Of a stretch of 64,000 bases of DNA, positions 36,982 through 50,676 are shown piece after piece. Numbering within the stretch: position 1 is the first letter of the stretch; each line of letters opens with the position of its first letter. The stretch is from Phoronis australis (lineage: Eukaryota; Animalia; Phoronida), in contig NMRA01000194.1 of the NCBI GenBank assembly GCA_002633005.1, positions 437,074-501,073 of the forward strand. Reading direction: 5' to 3'. The translations under genes and the position numbers were made by a program. The notes below the pieces were generated by a model that was not told the origin of the DNA, searched no databases, and worked only from the letters and a program-made list of their open reading frames with translations.

Positions 36982-39900
36982 AAAAGACCTGTCTTGCAGT
37001 AGTCTTAGTACAGTGATGGAACATGTCACAGATTCATACATTTGCTAACATGTTGTATTATTTCCAAAGATACCTTGTCCTCTGACTTTGCAGAAATACA
37101 TTTAGAAGTGTTGGACATTGGAGTTATTACTTATATAAAGCTATCGCCTAATAATTTCCCTGCATTTGCTTTAGTCTTTGAAAACAATTATCTGGTGTGT
37201 CATTGTAAAACTTCTTCAGTTTTGGACACAATATCTTGTCAAATTTCGCTCAAAATTTTCAGTAAATGATCTGTGCTTTTAGCGTCATTTGTACTATATA
37301 TCTTCTATAAATACATTTGGTTAACTTTTGAGTATTTGTAGTCAACTTCTAAAATAAAAATATGGTTATTACAGCAGTTGTTATTGTCCTTAAATTGAAG
37401 ATATTTATGGTAGACACGAGGCTGTGTAGGAGAATAACCAGTTCCAATAATCTCTCCACGAAATCAAAATGAAAATGACACTGTTGGAGCTTGGATACTA
37501 ATGATAAAAGTATGGACATTTTTAAATTAATCACTCTGTATGGCTTGATTACTACATTCAGTGTCAAGATGGAATTGCTAGTTTTTTTAACTGCCTGATA
37601 TAAGTTTAATTGCGCGTTATTCAACAACAGCACGGTGAGGGATAGTTATGTAACGTCGTTGTTGCAACACAACATATGTCCTTTGTGCAGTGGGTGCCTT
37701 GTTGATAAACAGCGTAATATTGGACTTCTTTGTTTTCAAGAAAACTAATTCACCAAAATATGGATTGAAAATACAGAAATGCTCTTAAGTTATGTGCCAT
37801 GCTTTTAAATAAATATTAGCATTTTATAAAAAAAGAGTACCGTACCTGCTAGGTTGTCTCGAGCTAACACCGAATTCTCTTTGTGATGTCATTTAATAGC
37901 TCACCTGAGGATCGAATGAAGTGCCACATCGCGTGTGTACTGGCCTGTGGTATTTATTGGAATGCAATGTTTACATTTAATACACTCTGCACGGATATTA
38001 TCGTCGACAACTATGAAATTGGTAGTTGACTACCTGCACGCAGTTTTACCTGTGGGTATTGGCAGTGAACTTCACGTGTTACATCTGGTTTGTAGTTACA
38101 GTTCCTGAACGGTATATCTACTTGGTGGATGTCCTTTTGGGGTTTCAAGCTGTCACTTGCAATGAGAGTAATTCCTAGTGCTTTGTGCGAAAACGGAACC
38201 CATTGGTATCGCCTGTATAATCAATGTAAAAATCTGGCGTGCAGCGAAGGCTTTGTTTGACTGTATTCACCTGTTTCATGTACAGTACAAATAACAAAAC
38301 AATTTCAAAAAAGTGAGAATGTTAGTGTAGCGCATTGTTCGGCATTGCTTTGTGTGAAATGAATACAGTAACAATTACATGACAAACATTCACCGTTGGC
38401 ATTGTTGGTCTGTTGGGAGATACTTGTCTATCTGAAGGTAGTCCAAGAGAGGATTAATATTTACTTTAACAGGTGTGAGAGAATTAATTAAACACAAGGA
38501 AATTGAATTTTTTATTTAGGTATGTTCACTTCATTTAGCAGAACATAGATCCTTGTGCAAAGTATGTTTGCCCAGAGGTCAGATTCGGTTTGGATTTTCC
38601 CTGCACCTAAGGTTTCTGTACGATTAGGAAATATGGGATTTCAAGTATGTCATACAACCAAGATTTTGTGTTTCTTATTACAGGAAAACAGGAAAGAGAT
38701 TCAATAGTTCTGTGCAATCCAATGATCCCGTCGCAAAAATTCTACAATTGTTGAAAAATTAGTCAAAATTTAAACACATTTAAGAGCTATCTTTGTTGGT
38801 CGCATAAAAATTACTGGTATTGTGTGCGTGCATGAATTTTGCATCCATCAATAACAAATTAATTTGCTAAACATGTACTGATATCCCCTGAGACATGAAA
38901 GGCCAGACAGGTTGTTATGTCCGATTTTTATTGACACATGATTCAAAGATCATGGGTATTGTATTGTGACTGAAATAGAGTGAATCTGGGCAGTTGGAGT
39001 GATTCACTGCAAATTTGAAAGAAAAAATATTGAACTTCCCATTTTCCTAGTTTTCAAAAACTTGATACATTTGCAGCAGTGCTTAGCATTTCACCATAAT
39101 AATAGTAGTAATAACTACTCTATAGCATAAACTGTTCGTATACTGAATTAAGCATTTTTCGTAATTATTTGAAATTTAAAAAAAAATTGTTCTGTTGAAC
39201 TTTATTGTTAACGGAAGAAAGCGGTAATCCTGAATTTTTGAAATCTAAATTATCTGGACTTCAAGCCTTTGTTGAAATTGACAGTTCATTTTTATTTCCA
39301 AGTCTTTGTCGTCTCCTTGTTCAAAAACAATTTTAATTTACTTTGAGATTAAACTAGGGATACTCGAACTTGTGTAATAATGACAGCCACGTTACATCAT
39401 TTGACTAGCGTGCTCGCATACTTTTGCACCTCAGACGTAGGAGAGTGGAACTAAAAATTTGAATTTTGGTCATCAAGAGCCTAACCAGAAATATCATCCT
39501 TAACCCTAATCCTAACTTTTGAAGGTATTTCAAGATTTGAAGCAGTGTAGGCATCAAATCATTTAAATAATTAAATAGTATTAACTAAAGAGGAGTTAGT
39601 TTGACATTGAGATCATTTAGACCCCAGAAAGACAGGGTTACTTAATAAGCTTTACCAACGATTTCTTTTTGTAAAAACAATCTATTTCCTTTTGACTATG
39701 CCAGTATTCTTGCTTACCTTGACTTCTGATGTGCAACAGTTCAATTGATTTCCTTCTATTTAGGAGTTATCCAGTTCACCAACTAATGAGAAACTCTTTA
39801 AATGAGACCTCTAATATGGTCTGTGCTATGTTTTCTTAATGCTGTATCCTTGCATCACTTTCCATTCCACCCATATCATTGACAAGAACGGTGGTTGGGA

Positions 39901-42900
39901 AAATCATACCAGCCAAGACTCACACTTTTCCTAGAAGGCTTATTACTTACACCTGTGGAGTGGAGCATGAACCAAGTGTAAATACAAATGCCACTGGGTT
40001 ACCGTACAGGGTGAAACTGGGGGATGGACTCATCCGTTGCAGTTCCCAGTGATCCATTCTCACAGATTTGCGCACTTTTTCGTAGTTTTAAATACCTCTA
40101 AATTTTACTTTTCAAGTAATTCTCAGAGCATTGCCATTCACCTGAAGCAGTTAATGTGTTTCCTTTAAAGCTTATAAAAATCTGCAACAAAGATTGATAG
40201 CACGAGTTTGAGCCGGTTGACGTATTCGCAGTTTTTGGTGGATTCTTGCATTAGAAGTATCTTGGATATGGGACCAATTTCAGCCTTGAGAAAAAATATT
40301 CACTATTCCATACAGAAGGTCTGCACTTCTTTCTTGTCTACAGCGTCTGTGCAAACGGGCCTCGGATTATTTTTCCACCTCCGCTAGACTGAGGAATAGC
40401 ACAAGAAGTTTTGCAATCAAGTTTTACCAATTTTGAACAAAAATAATTGCCATTTTTTATGTTTGTTAGTCATGGATGCCCACAATTTCTCAGAATCATT
40501 GTCTGATGGAAGCTTTGATAAAAATCTTTTAAAATGTTACATATCTTTTCGTTTGGTGCTGCTTACCTTTTATAAAAAATGAAAAAATAAAATTTCAGTT
40601 GCTGGACACATGCTGTGATAAGCAGTTCTGCCATAGCTAAAGCGCTGGTGCCTTTCCAAACTGTTAATAAAGAACAGGTCATTTGGTCAGGCAATTTCTG
40701 GTGCTAAACTGCAGCCTTTCTGGTGATTACTTGAATCATTGCTGCAGCCGTTTACATCTCACTTGAGACAAGTTTACCAAATGAGCCCGAGGAACTAAAA
40801 ACCAGGCTTGTAAATGTAAAAAGTTTGTTTCTATCAAATTTCAGTCATTGTTGGCGCTTGGTAGAAAAATATTGGTGCCAGATGGTGGCAAGATTGCTTT
40901 GACTTTCACGACATGTGATCTGCTTCAGAAATTAAGTCAAGCAGTTGATATGTAGAATGAACTTGGATCGTACATAGACTCATTGAAGTTCTTAGTTTTG
41001 ACTGAGGGGGGTTTCAGAAAATCAATTGTCACGGCAACTGACCACAATTTCAAAATTTCTGTATCTTTCTCTGTGAAATTGTTAAGCGCTTTGAAATTCT
41101 TACCAGACACTTACGGTACACTGAGTGGTAAGTGCACCGAGAACAGATTCATTGTATCACAAATTAGGATGTGGCTGCATGCAAACAAACATCAATGTCA
41201 TGAATTGAAACATGTACCCTGTTCACACTAAAGCGGTTATAAGTTTTAAAACTGGGTTTAAAAGCTGTCACTGTAGCGTGGTCATAACCCTCTGTGGAGG
41301 TGGTTCAGCAAGATGTTATACTACCATGACTGTAACAGTGTGAACGCAGTAGTCGCAAAACTTATTGCTTAGTAGGTGGCGCTGCTGTCAGTGTTGAAAC
41401 AATGGCACATCAAGCACTATCTGGGGTTAATTGAAAAACCCATGGCACTGACCACTAACAATTAAAACCAGGTGCTGGAGTTACATCAGTGGAGAGTAAC
41501 ATTGATTACATTTATAGCATAGAGTGGGCTTATTAGTTGGGCAGAAGACACAACTATGGAAGCCAAAGTTGGGCCGAGTACAATCTCTGTGTTGAAGTTC
41601 TCACTAATAATAACGTGTATTAATTATGTCCGGACCCTATGCCAGTCACCTACAACAAGGATGATAATGTAAACAGTTTCAATACCTACCTGAACTCCAC
41701 AGGTGTTGATAAACCAGGTTAGGACTTAATTGGCAGCTATCAATAGTAATCCTTTATGTCAGGAGTGTTAAGTGTGAAAGTCTTCCGTTAACAGCTGATT
41801 CGTCAACGCTCAGTCTTCTCTGCTTTCCATTACGCGGTAGTGAGCATTTTTGATGCTATATGAAAATTGACCGGTGGCATGTATGATGCGCTGTGTCAGT
41901 GGACAGATCAATACTATATCCAGACTTTTCCAACATATGCTGGTGTTGTTCACAGTGGTCATGTCAGATATATTTTTTTTTGTTACCATTATTAGCATAG
42001 TGTCACCGTTGATAAATAGTGCCACTAATCATCCTAGTGTTGAATGTGCTGTTGTGGTGGGTGTATCTATGCAGTCGTTTATTAATGAGATTGTTCTTAA
42101 AGTGAAGCAATTCAATCCTGTGGCTGATTAGTCATGCTTTTAAGCTACTTTGGCGTCGCAATTCGTCCAGGGTAGTTTGCAGTCGGCATATGTTAGCATG
42201 ATTACAAACCTACCATTGCAAAATGTCACCATTCTCCTCTGGCCGCACTAACGTTCCATTATCCTAACACCGTACTTAAAACAAGACGTCGTTACCCTTT
42301 GCTTTGAGACTACCTTGAATCGCTCCCTTATTCGTTCTAGTTGCTAATCAGAACCTTGGTTTCCTTGGTAATCAGTTACTAATTCTATTCTTGATGCTTT
42401 AGTTGCTTTGAGGCATGTTTACTTAAAATTTGTACAGTGAGCAATGCTGAGAGTGACAATAACGGGAAGAACTCCTCGCTCGCGTGAACTTGTGAGACAG
42501 TTTAAGACGGCTGAGAAAAATAATCTGGACTAAACCTTTAGCATTGCATTTATGTGATTGGAGTGACTTTGTTCCGTTTGCTACTATGGTCTTTTCGAGG
42601 GCACTAACTTAAGTATCATCCTAAATTTAGACCCGTTTAAAATCACCTTCAGCATTGGGTCAAACTTCTTGTGGTTGAGAAAGAATGTTAGTCAACCGTT
42701 CAAACCCAAGGTGCAAAAATCCCTTTAGCTAGCTTACAACTTATGAGACTGATGAAGCTTGTCCAACTTGTTTACTGTGGGTTAAGATGACTGCAAATTT
42801 GTTATTCATGGATATTGTTGAAGCTGGTGACTTCTTTCTTCAGTTCTAGTTATGTTATTAGTACAAAGATTCTGTGTTTTCAGTCTGTAATGCTTTTGGA

Positions 42901-45709
42901 AATATTGTGGTGTACCAACATTCGAAAATTTCCATTTAGCATAGTTTTAAGAATCTTTTGCCACGGATTTTCATGGCAGTGAAAATGAAGTTTTTTTTAG
43001 TTTAAAAAGGTTATATAGCCCTACATGGGTTCCAAACTGGGCACATTTTAGAGACTTTGAATCTGCCCGTTAAAATAACCACGGTTTTGTAATTCCTAAT
43101 GACATGTGCAGACATTAGTTTTTGCACTTAAAACTAATTTTATTCCTCCCAGAATTCCCCGCGAAAAGGCCACGCTTGGTTTCCCCACTACACCACCGGA
43201 AGAGTTGGAGTCTGTGCGCGCGCAGGGAGGTCAAGTAGGTGACCTCTGCTCGTGTCAGTCAGAGTAGGTGACCTCTAACCATGAAATCTTTGTTTACTTC
43301 CGCAAGTTGAGCTGTTCGTTTCATATTATTAGATCGTTTTGCAACCTAACTCAGGTGCGTTATCTGATGTATTTTTCTGAAAATGTCAACATCACACAAT
43401 ATTTTATTATGTACATTNAGAACTGATACTACAGTTAAGATGATAAGTATGATAAGTCAGACTTGTTAGGTGTTACTCAGTCTTAATAGCTATAAACCCG
43501 CTTTTCACCTCAAACACCATCTTTTGATTTAGACCACTTTCCATCATGAAATCGGTCTGAAATAGTTCCTTATAAGTCAAATTGGAGAGTGTTTCTTTGA
43601 ATAAGCTGACGGTTTGTTATTGCTTGATTCGAATGGTGACTCTACAAGTTGGCTTGTCACGGTGTGTCATTTTATGCCCCAGGAAGGAAGGAATAACCAC
43701 CTGTCACAAGTTCGCTTCTTGGACAGAACTTGGGTTTATAGCAACTTCAAGTTAATAGATTTGCAATGTGATTAAAATGAAATTTGGTTCATAATTTCAT
43801 CACCTGCTCTGGATTTAAGTAGTCGTATTTGTTACAAATTCTGTTGTTCTGTTAAAATTTCAAAGTCAATAAAGCGAGTCATTAACTCCGTCATCTAATT
43901 GGGTTTAAGTCATGTTAGACACAAGCCTTTAAAACTTGAATATGACTCTGAGGAACATGATTTTGTATCTATTGTTAAGCAAAAAAGCTATTTACTAAAA
44001 ACAAATAGATGTGTACAGTTATTACACACTTTGCTATACATCATTCTGAAGTCTACAAAGCAGCAAAAACACAGACGTTTGCCCTAAAGATTTTTTCAAT
44101 TTAAACTCAAAAAGGAATATTTTGGAATGAACCAAAATCTTCCCAGTCATTAATGAAGACCAGTTCTTACCTGACTTGCACATAAATCTGTACCCGTCTC
44201 TTTTGTTGATGTTGTCACCTTGAATTTCTGTCTAACAAAATCATCTGCCTCCGGTTAGGATTTTGATTTTACCCTTTACATACTTGACAGGCGCCTATGT
44301 TCACATATCCAAATGTTTGTAATAACATACCTGTTAAACTCCACGCATATGGTCAGCGTATTAGAAAGTCGGAGTTGTGCTTACTTTATATTAATAAGGT
44401 TAATCGTGTTAGGTAGACTTTTGCATAATTCCTCAAGACTAAATTTGTGATCAATATCTTTTTCGATAAATGGCTTGGATCACGTTTGAAGATTCCTCAA
44501 AAGATCTGTAAATGCAAGCCAGATAATTATGAAATAATTGTTAGTCGGCGCAGATGTCATAGACATTGCTTGTTTCTGGTCGTTTCAAATGCTTTGATCT
44601 TGTTATTGGCCAGACTGAGATAAGCAGCTGGTGTAATGCCAGTCAGAAGGCTGACATACACTTGAAGACCTTGCCCGGTTGGTTTTCGGTTGGTTCGGTG
44701 ACTGTATATCTATTATAGGTATTCTCCAGTTATTTGGCACAAAATACATCAAACTAAGTGGTACCGGGTTTTTGTATGTGTAGACAACGATGAAAGAAAG
44801 ATGTTTTTCTTTAGTGACAATGGTGGCAGCAATTTTTTGAATCATTGCAACATTAAGGCTTTTTTTCTGCCTAACTGCTGGAAACTGATGGGTGTTCGGA
44901 CTACTGAGATGAGCACTGCTGTCTATGGTTTTCAAATGTGTCTGACTTCTGTGGCGCCCCCAAGTGACAGTTGTTTTTGCCTGTGGCTTCTTCCAAGTTC
45001 GTGATGGATTTTTTATGAAATTTGGTATGCATTCCTATTGAGGACAGTACAAGTGAAGTGGAGTTTGGGACAAATCCAACTTTGAGGTCTGCCAAGTTCC
45101 TTCATAGATGTCCGTGAAATTTGGCAAATAATTTACAATCGCAGATGTTGAGTCAGCTGCCTCGTTTTAGGCGGATCTGACCTACATTGTTCCCCTGTGT
45201 GACTTCTTAAAATTATTTGTGTCTGTTATATCATCTGCCTCCCTATCTACAGAACTGCTTCTCTGAAGAATCATTATGAAAGGTGGTAGGCGTGTTCCTA
45301 TTGCAGACAGCATAACTGAGTGCTTTTATGTGATGCTTCGTCTTGTGGGTCTGTTTAAAATAATGGTCATCCTATGTAACTGCTATACACGATACATACG
45401 GTGGGGGATTATCAAAGCGCTGCATTGGTTTTGTTTACTTAATTTCACCAACATGATATTTTGTACACGCTGTATAACTGACATTTGAAATGTAATAATG
45501 GACATTCATGACAATATTGGTAATATTAATATGTAATTCTTAAACCGGCGTTGAAATGTATATTACAAACATTTTAAGTCTGGTCACAGGTGGCGGGCTG
45601 ACCAGACTTGAAAATGTTTCCAATAATGGTAATAATTCATAATTATATCTCTATTGCTAAATATAATAATGCCAATAATTTGTGCAAAATGTCACCTGCT
45701 TCATTTCAG

Positions 45710-45859
45710 AATATGGCCTTCCAGGCTGACCAGAAGGTGAAAGGTCAGATTTTGTCCAGCTTAGGTACAGATCAGCTGTTCCGCCTCCTGACTGACCCCA
45801 ATGTTGAGGTGCTGATGAAGACTTTGGGCCTACTGCGAAATCTTCTTTCGAATAAGCAT
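45710..45859 (+). CDS. ARMC8: ARMC8 internal coding exon ([11 protein letters not shown]...[16 protein letters not shown])
   Basis: tttcAG acceptor and GTGAGT donor. 150 nt. Continues WALM|NMAFQA directly from the exon ending at 8029. Confidence 0.96.
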
Positions 45860-47660
45860 GTGAGTGAATAGTTCCTAAGGTATTCTCAATGTGTGGCTGA
45901 AGTCGTATTCTGTAACTTGACTGGCTGCGCGTCGCACTTAAACGTGGATATCCCCCCTGTTAGCTGTTCTTAAAAACGAAATTAAAACTAAGTCACTTAC
46001 CTCTGCTGCATTGCTCCATTGCCATAAAGAACATTGGGTACAAAGCTTGTGCTAATCATAGGTCTGGCCACTCAGCCTCTCTGAAGTTGACCACTTCAAT
46101 CTAATCACCGGTAATGTCATGGCGTGGACACTTCTAAGTTCAGCTTGGTTAGCATATTTCTTGATATCACATTTTGGGCTTCAAATTTTATGGGTGGTTG
46201 TTAGTCATTCGTGTCGTTCACACAAAAATAGGCCTTTTTGAATTGACATGCAAAGTCAGTGACAGTAGTTCTTTGCAAACCTTGCTCTTAATTGTTTTAT
46301 TATGCCCTATGAGTTTTGAATAGCCCAGTCTAAAATGACATTTCAGCAGGAAAGTGGACAGGAAATGACACTTTAAGAAATCGAAAGTACTAACCACAAA
46401 ATAGCCATAAAAAATCGACAACCCACAAACCCATGGCAAACAGCAAATATCCACGGTCATAACTTATGGCTTCCTTGGGTACGGCAAAAATTGTACTTTT
46501 GGTGGACTTGTTTGAATGTTTGGAACAAGGTCAGGCTTCAACTGGCGTTTGAATTGGTAAAGATGCACATAGAAGACTGGCGCAGATAGCTGACTAGTCC
46601 TTTGGTTGATTGAGTGTGTGCACTATCTAGGACACATGAAGCATACCATGCTTCAGAGTTAATGAAATAAAATGACCCATAATTCCCGATCCTGACGACT
46701 GAGTGCTGTTAGAATTCCTCATCGTGATGGCTGAGTGGAAGTAGGATTCTCCGTCACTATGAGTGGGTCATTACCCGTCATGACTGGTTATTGAAATCGG
46801 TACCGTTATTGTTGTTATCTAAATTTCTGAGTCCCATATTTTAGACCATGTGCCAAACTGAAGAATTTTATCATCTTGTGTAAAGGTTGAATACAGTTGG
46901 CTTTCAATTCCCCTGTAAGAGTTCAATTGCCCTTGAATGAATGTAGATCGAGGCATTCCAATATCTACACTTGAGTTTGTCTGGGTTTTGTTTATGCTCG
47001 TTTCCATAGGTTTGTCTAAGTGTTCTTATGGTGACCTGTCAAATGTCCCATGACAGTTGTTTGCTAGCTCAATGTGTACACGCATTTTACTCAATAAGAT
47101 ATCTCGGATAGAAAATAGGAACCACGTCAATACCCAGTTTTTGAATAAAGATATCATTGCAGTGCCTGTTACCGAAAAAATACTATCCATATCAGTACTG
47201 AACTCTAACCCTGAAAACACCGATATTGGTGTCACATACATGTAGGTAGTGAGTGAGTGACCATTCCTGAACAATACCTCTATGTGAACCAAGGATGGCT
47301 CTTTTCGCAAGTATTAAAATAAGTATGTAGCTCTGTAGCCCCCATTTGCACTCGCACGGTTACGTTTGTACACAGCCAGGTGGCGGTTGAATAGTCCCGT
47401 TTGCTTACGAAAATCCTCCATCCCCAACTTACCTTGGCTCGGCCTCTTCCATGACTGATTGTGTGTGGCTAGTGTCTTAGATCATTTCTGTAGCAACTCT
47501 CCAGTGTGATATAATTCTGACTATTTTCAGAATTAGTCATCTAGTGCAGGATAACTTCTGGTATTTATCCTAGCATTGAGCCTCCCACGGAGGAAAATAT
47601 TCTGAAATTAATCCGAGTGTTTTGTCTCCCTAGGGGTTTATTGTCTTTTTTCTTGTTCAG

Positions 47661-47756
47661 CATATAGATCACATGATGCACGTTCACGGTAAGCAGATCA
47701 TACAGGCTGTCATTCTTATTCTGGAGGGGGATCACCCAGTACAAGTGAAGGAACAG
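47661..47756 (+). CDS. ARMC8: ARMC8 internal coding exon ([32 protein letters not shown]), copy 1
   Basis: Long pyrimidine tract + ttcAG acceptor and GTAGGT donor. 96 nt. Matches ARMC8 HGKQIMQAVTLILEG. Confidence 0.9.
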
Positions 47757-49381
47757 GTAGGTTCTACTGGTGTTGGCTGACTTGCTGGTGGTAGAAATGT
47801 TGTTAACAGGACAATGAACGTGGTAGTGGTGGTGGCTGTGCTTTGAGATTTGGGAATCGTGACTAACACTGATTGCGGTATTTTTTGAGTGTCTCGATGG
47901 CAGTAGGGACGGTGGCAATGCCGACTGTTTGAATAAGACGACAATGACAAAAGTGAGGCTGTTGGTAATGATTAAGATATCGCGTGTATGTTTGGATGTT
48001 GGTAAACTTGGTGACTGCTGTGATAACAAACGGAGTGATGATGATGGTGGAAAAATTGCATTGTTGGCGGTGGGATGGTGGCAATGTTGGATCTTGTGAC
48101 ACCACGTAGATGGTGAAAGTGGTGGAGATTGTCACACTCTTGGTAACCTGGTGAAAGTCCTTACTCAGAACAGCATCCTGTGTAAAAACACGTGAAGTAA
48201 TTAGTGTGTTTATCTTCTATGTTAAAGATTTTACCCACATTTTGTTGCCAACACTATTTTGTGCGTGTTTGAGTGGGTAGGGCCTCCTATTTGCATCTTT
48301 GTTTTCATAACAATGGCAATGACAACAGGCAGAATCTTTGTTTTTCATTTTTCACATCGCTTAAATATGACAAAACAACCAACAGCTGAAATGTCATCAA
48401 AGTCCAGCTGCAGCGTATCGTATTATTATGTTCCAGCTATTTTCCGCTTTTCCTGCTGCGAAAAACTGTGCCAAAAATGCATTTGGTTCTGGCTGTTCTG
48501 GCTTGGCCGACTTTTTGTAACAAAAATCCGAGACATGCGCACTGATACTTGTCAGCAGTTTATACATCAGTGCGAGTAGGGATTCATATTACGAACTTGT
48601 AAAAGGGCGCATCAGACTTTGACAGATAACAAATGTCACACCACAGTAGTCCATATGGCCAGAGATCCGCTGAGAACAGTGATGACATCATCTTAAACGT
48701 GTTCCTAAAATACACAACCAAGTGAAAAAAGCATTTTTTGAAATTATAGTCTTCATGTGTTTATCATTGTTGTCATGNTGTTTGCTAGCTCAATGTGTAC
48801 ACGCATTTTACTCAATAAGATATCTCGGATAGAAAATAGGAACCACATCAATACCCAGTTTTTGAAAAAAGATATCATTGCAGTGCCTGTTGTCGAAAAA
48901 ATACTATCCATATCTGTACTGAACTCTAACCCTGAAAACACCGATATTGGTGTCACATACATGTAGGTAGTGAGTGAGTCACCATTCCTGAACAATACCT
49001 CTATGTGAACCAAGGATGGCTCTTTTCGCAAGTATTAAAATATGTATGTAGCTCTGTAGCCCCCATTTGCACTCGCACGGTTACGTTTGTACACAGCCAG
49101 GTGGCGGTTGAATAGTCCCGTTTGCTTACGAAAATCCTCCATCCCCAACTTACCTTGGCTCGGCCTCTTCCATGACTGATTCTGTAGTGGCTAGTGTCTT
49201 AGATCATTTCTGTAGCAACTCTCCAGTGTGATATAATTCTGACTATTTTCAGAATTAGTCATCTAGTGCAGGATAACTTCTGGTATTTATCCTAGCAGTG
49301 AGCCTCCCACGGAGGAAATATTCTGAAATTAATCCGAGTGTTCTGTCTCCCTAGGGGTTTATTGTCTTTTTTCTTGTTCAG

Positions 49382-49477
49382 CATATAGATCACATGATGC
49401 ACGTTCACGGTAAGCAGATCATACAGGCTGTCATTCTTATTCTGGAGGGGGATCATCCTGTACAAGTGAAGGAACAG
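49382..49477 (+). CDS. ARMC8: Second copy of the same ARMC8 exon (probably the other allele, duplicated by assembly)
   Basis: Same peptide and splice sites as 47661-47756. Differs by two synonymous changes (CAC CCA vs CAT CCT). Lies in a block duplicated across the n at 48778. Confidence 0.8.
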
Positions 49478-50580
49478 GTAGGTTCTACTGGTGTTGGCTG
49501 ACTTGCTGGTGGTAGAAATGGTGTTAACAGGACAATGAATGTGGTAGTGGTTGTGGTTGTGCTTTGAGATTTGGGGATCGTGACTAACACACTGATTGCG
49601 GTATTTTTTTAATGTCTCGACGGCAGTAGGGAGGGTGGCAATGCCGACTGTTTGAATAAGATGACAATGACAAAGGTGAGGCTGTTGGTAATGATTAAGA
49701 TATCGCGTGTATGTTTGGATGTTGGTAAACTTGGTGACTGCTATGACAACAAACGGGGTGATGATGATGGTGGAAAAAGTGCATTGTTGGCGGTGGGATG
49801 GTGGCAATGTTGGATCTTGTGACACCACGTAGATGGTGAAAGTGGTGGAGATAGTCACTCTTGTGACACCACGTAGATGGTGAAAGTGGTGGAGATTGTC
49901 ACACTTTTGGTAGCCTGGTGAAAGTCCTTACTCAGAGCAGCATCCTGTGTAAAAACACGAGTAATTAGTGTATTAATTTATCTTCTGTGTTAAAGATTTA
50001 ACCCACATTTCTTTGCCAACACTATTTTGTGCGTGTTTGAGTGGGTAGGGCCTCCTATTTGCATCTTTGTTTTCATAACAATGGCAATGACAACAGGCAG
50101 AATCTTTGTTTTTCATTTTTCACATCGCTTAAATATGACAAAACAACCAACAGCTGAAATGTCATCAAAGTCCAGCTGCAGCGTATCGTATTATTATGTT
50201 CCAGCTATTTTCCGCTTTTCCTGCTGCGAAAAACTGTGCCAAAAATGCATTTGGTTCTGGCTGTTCTGGCTTGGCCGACTTTTTGTAACAAAAATCCGAG
50301 ACATGCGCACTGATACTTGTCAGCAGTTTATACATCAGTGCGAGTAGGGATTCATATTACGAACTTGTAAAAGGGCGCATCAGACTTTGACAGATAACAA
50401 ATGTCACACCACAGTAGTCCATATGGCCAGAGATCCGCTGAGAACAGTGATGACATCATCTTAAACGTGTTCCTAAAATACACAACCAAGTGAAAAAAGC
50501 ATTTTTTGAAATTATAGTCTTCATGTGTTTATCATTGTTGTCATGGTAATGATAGCTGTGTCCAACTCCAATTGCTACAG

Positions 50581-50676
50581 GCTATCTGCATTGTTGCCAA
50601 TATTGCTGATGGTGACAGTGCGAAAGACTTCATTATGGATAACGACGATGTGCTGAAGAAACTTCTAGACTATATG
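50581..50676 (+). CDS. ARMC8: ARMC8 internal coding exon (AICIVANIADGDSAKDFIMDNDDVLKKLLDYM)
   Basis: ctacAG acceptor and GTAAGT donor. 96 nt. Carries the ANIADG signature. Confidence 0.95.

Larger units (their letters stand above)
47058..50545. repeat. Gap-flanking duplication (47058-48777 vs 48779-50545), n at 48778, includes an ARMC8 exon
   Basis: Head-to-tail near-identical copies meet at the single n. Copy 2 has an extra ~45-bp local tandem duplication near 49815-49903. Confidence 0.93.

Noticed and set aside
47565-49858. Long Thr/Ser/His/Ile-rich minus-strand ORFs (154 and 188 aa)
   Set aside because: They arise from a GT-rich low-complexity intron stretch antisense to an ARMC8 exon. 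The frames differ between the two allelic copies and no domain is recognisable.
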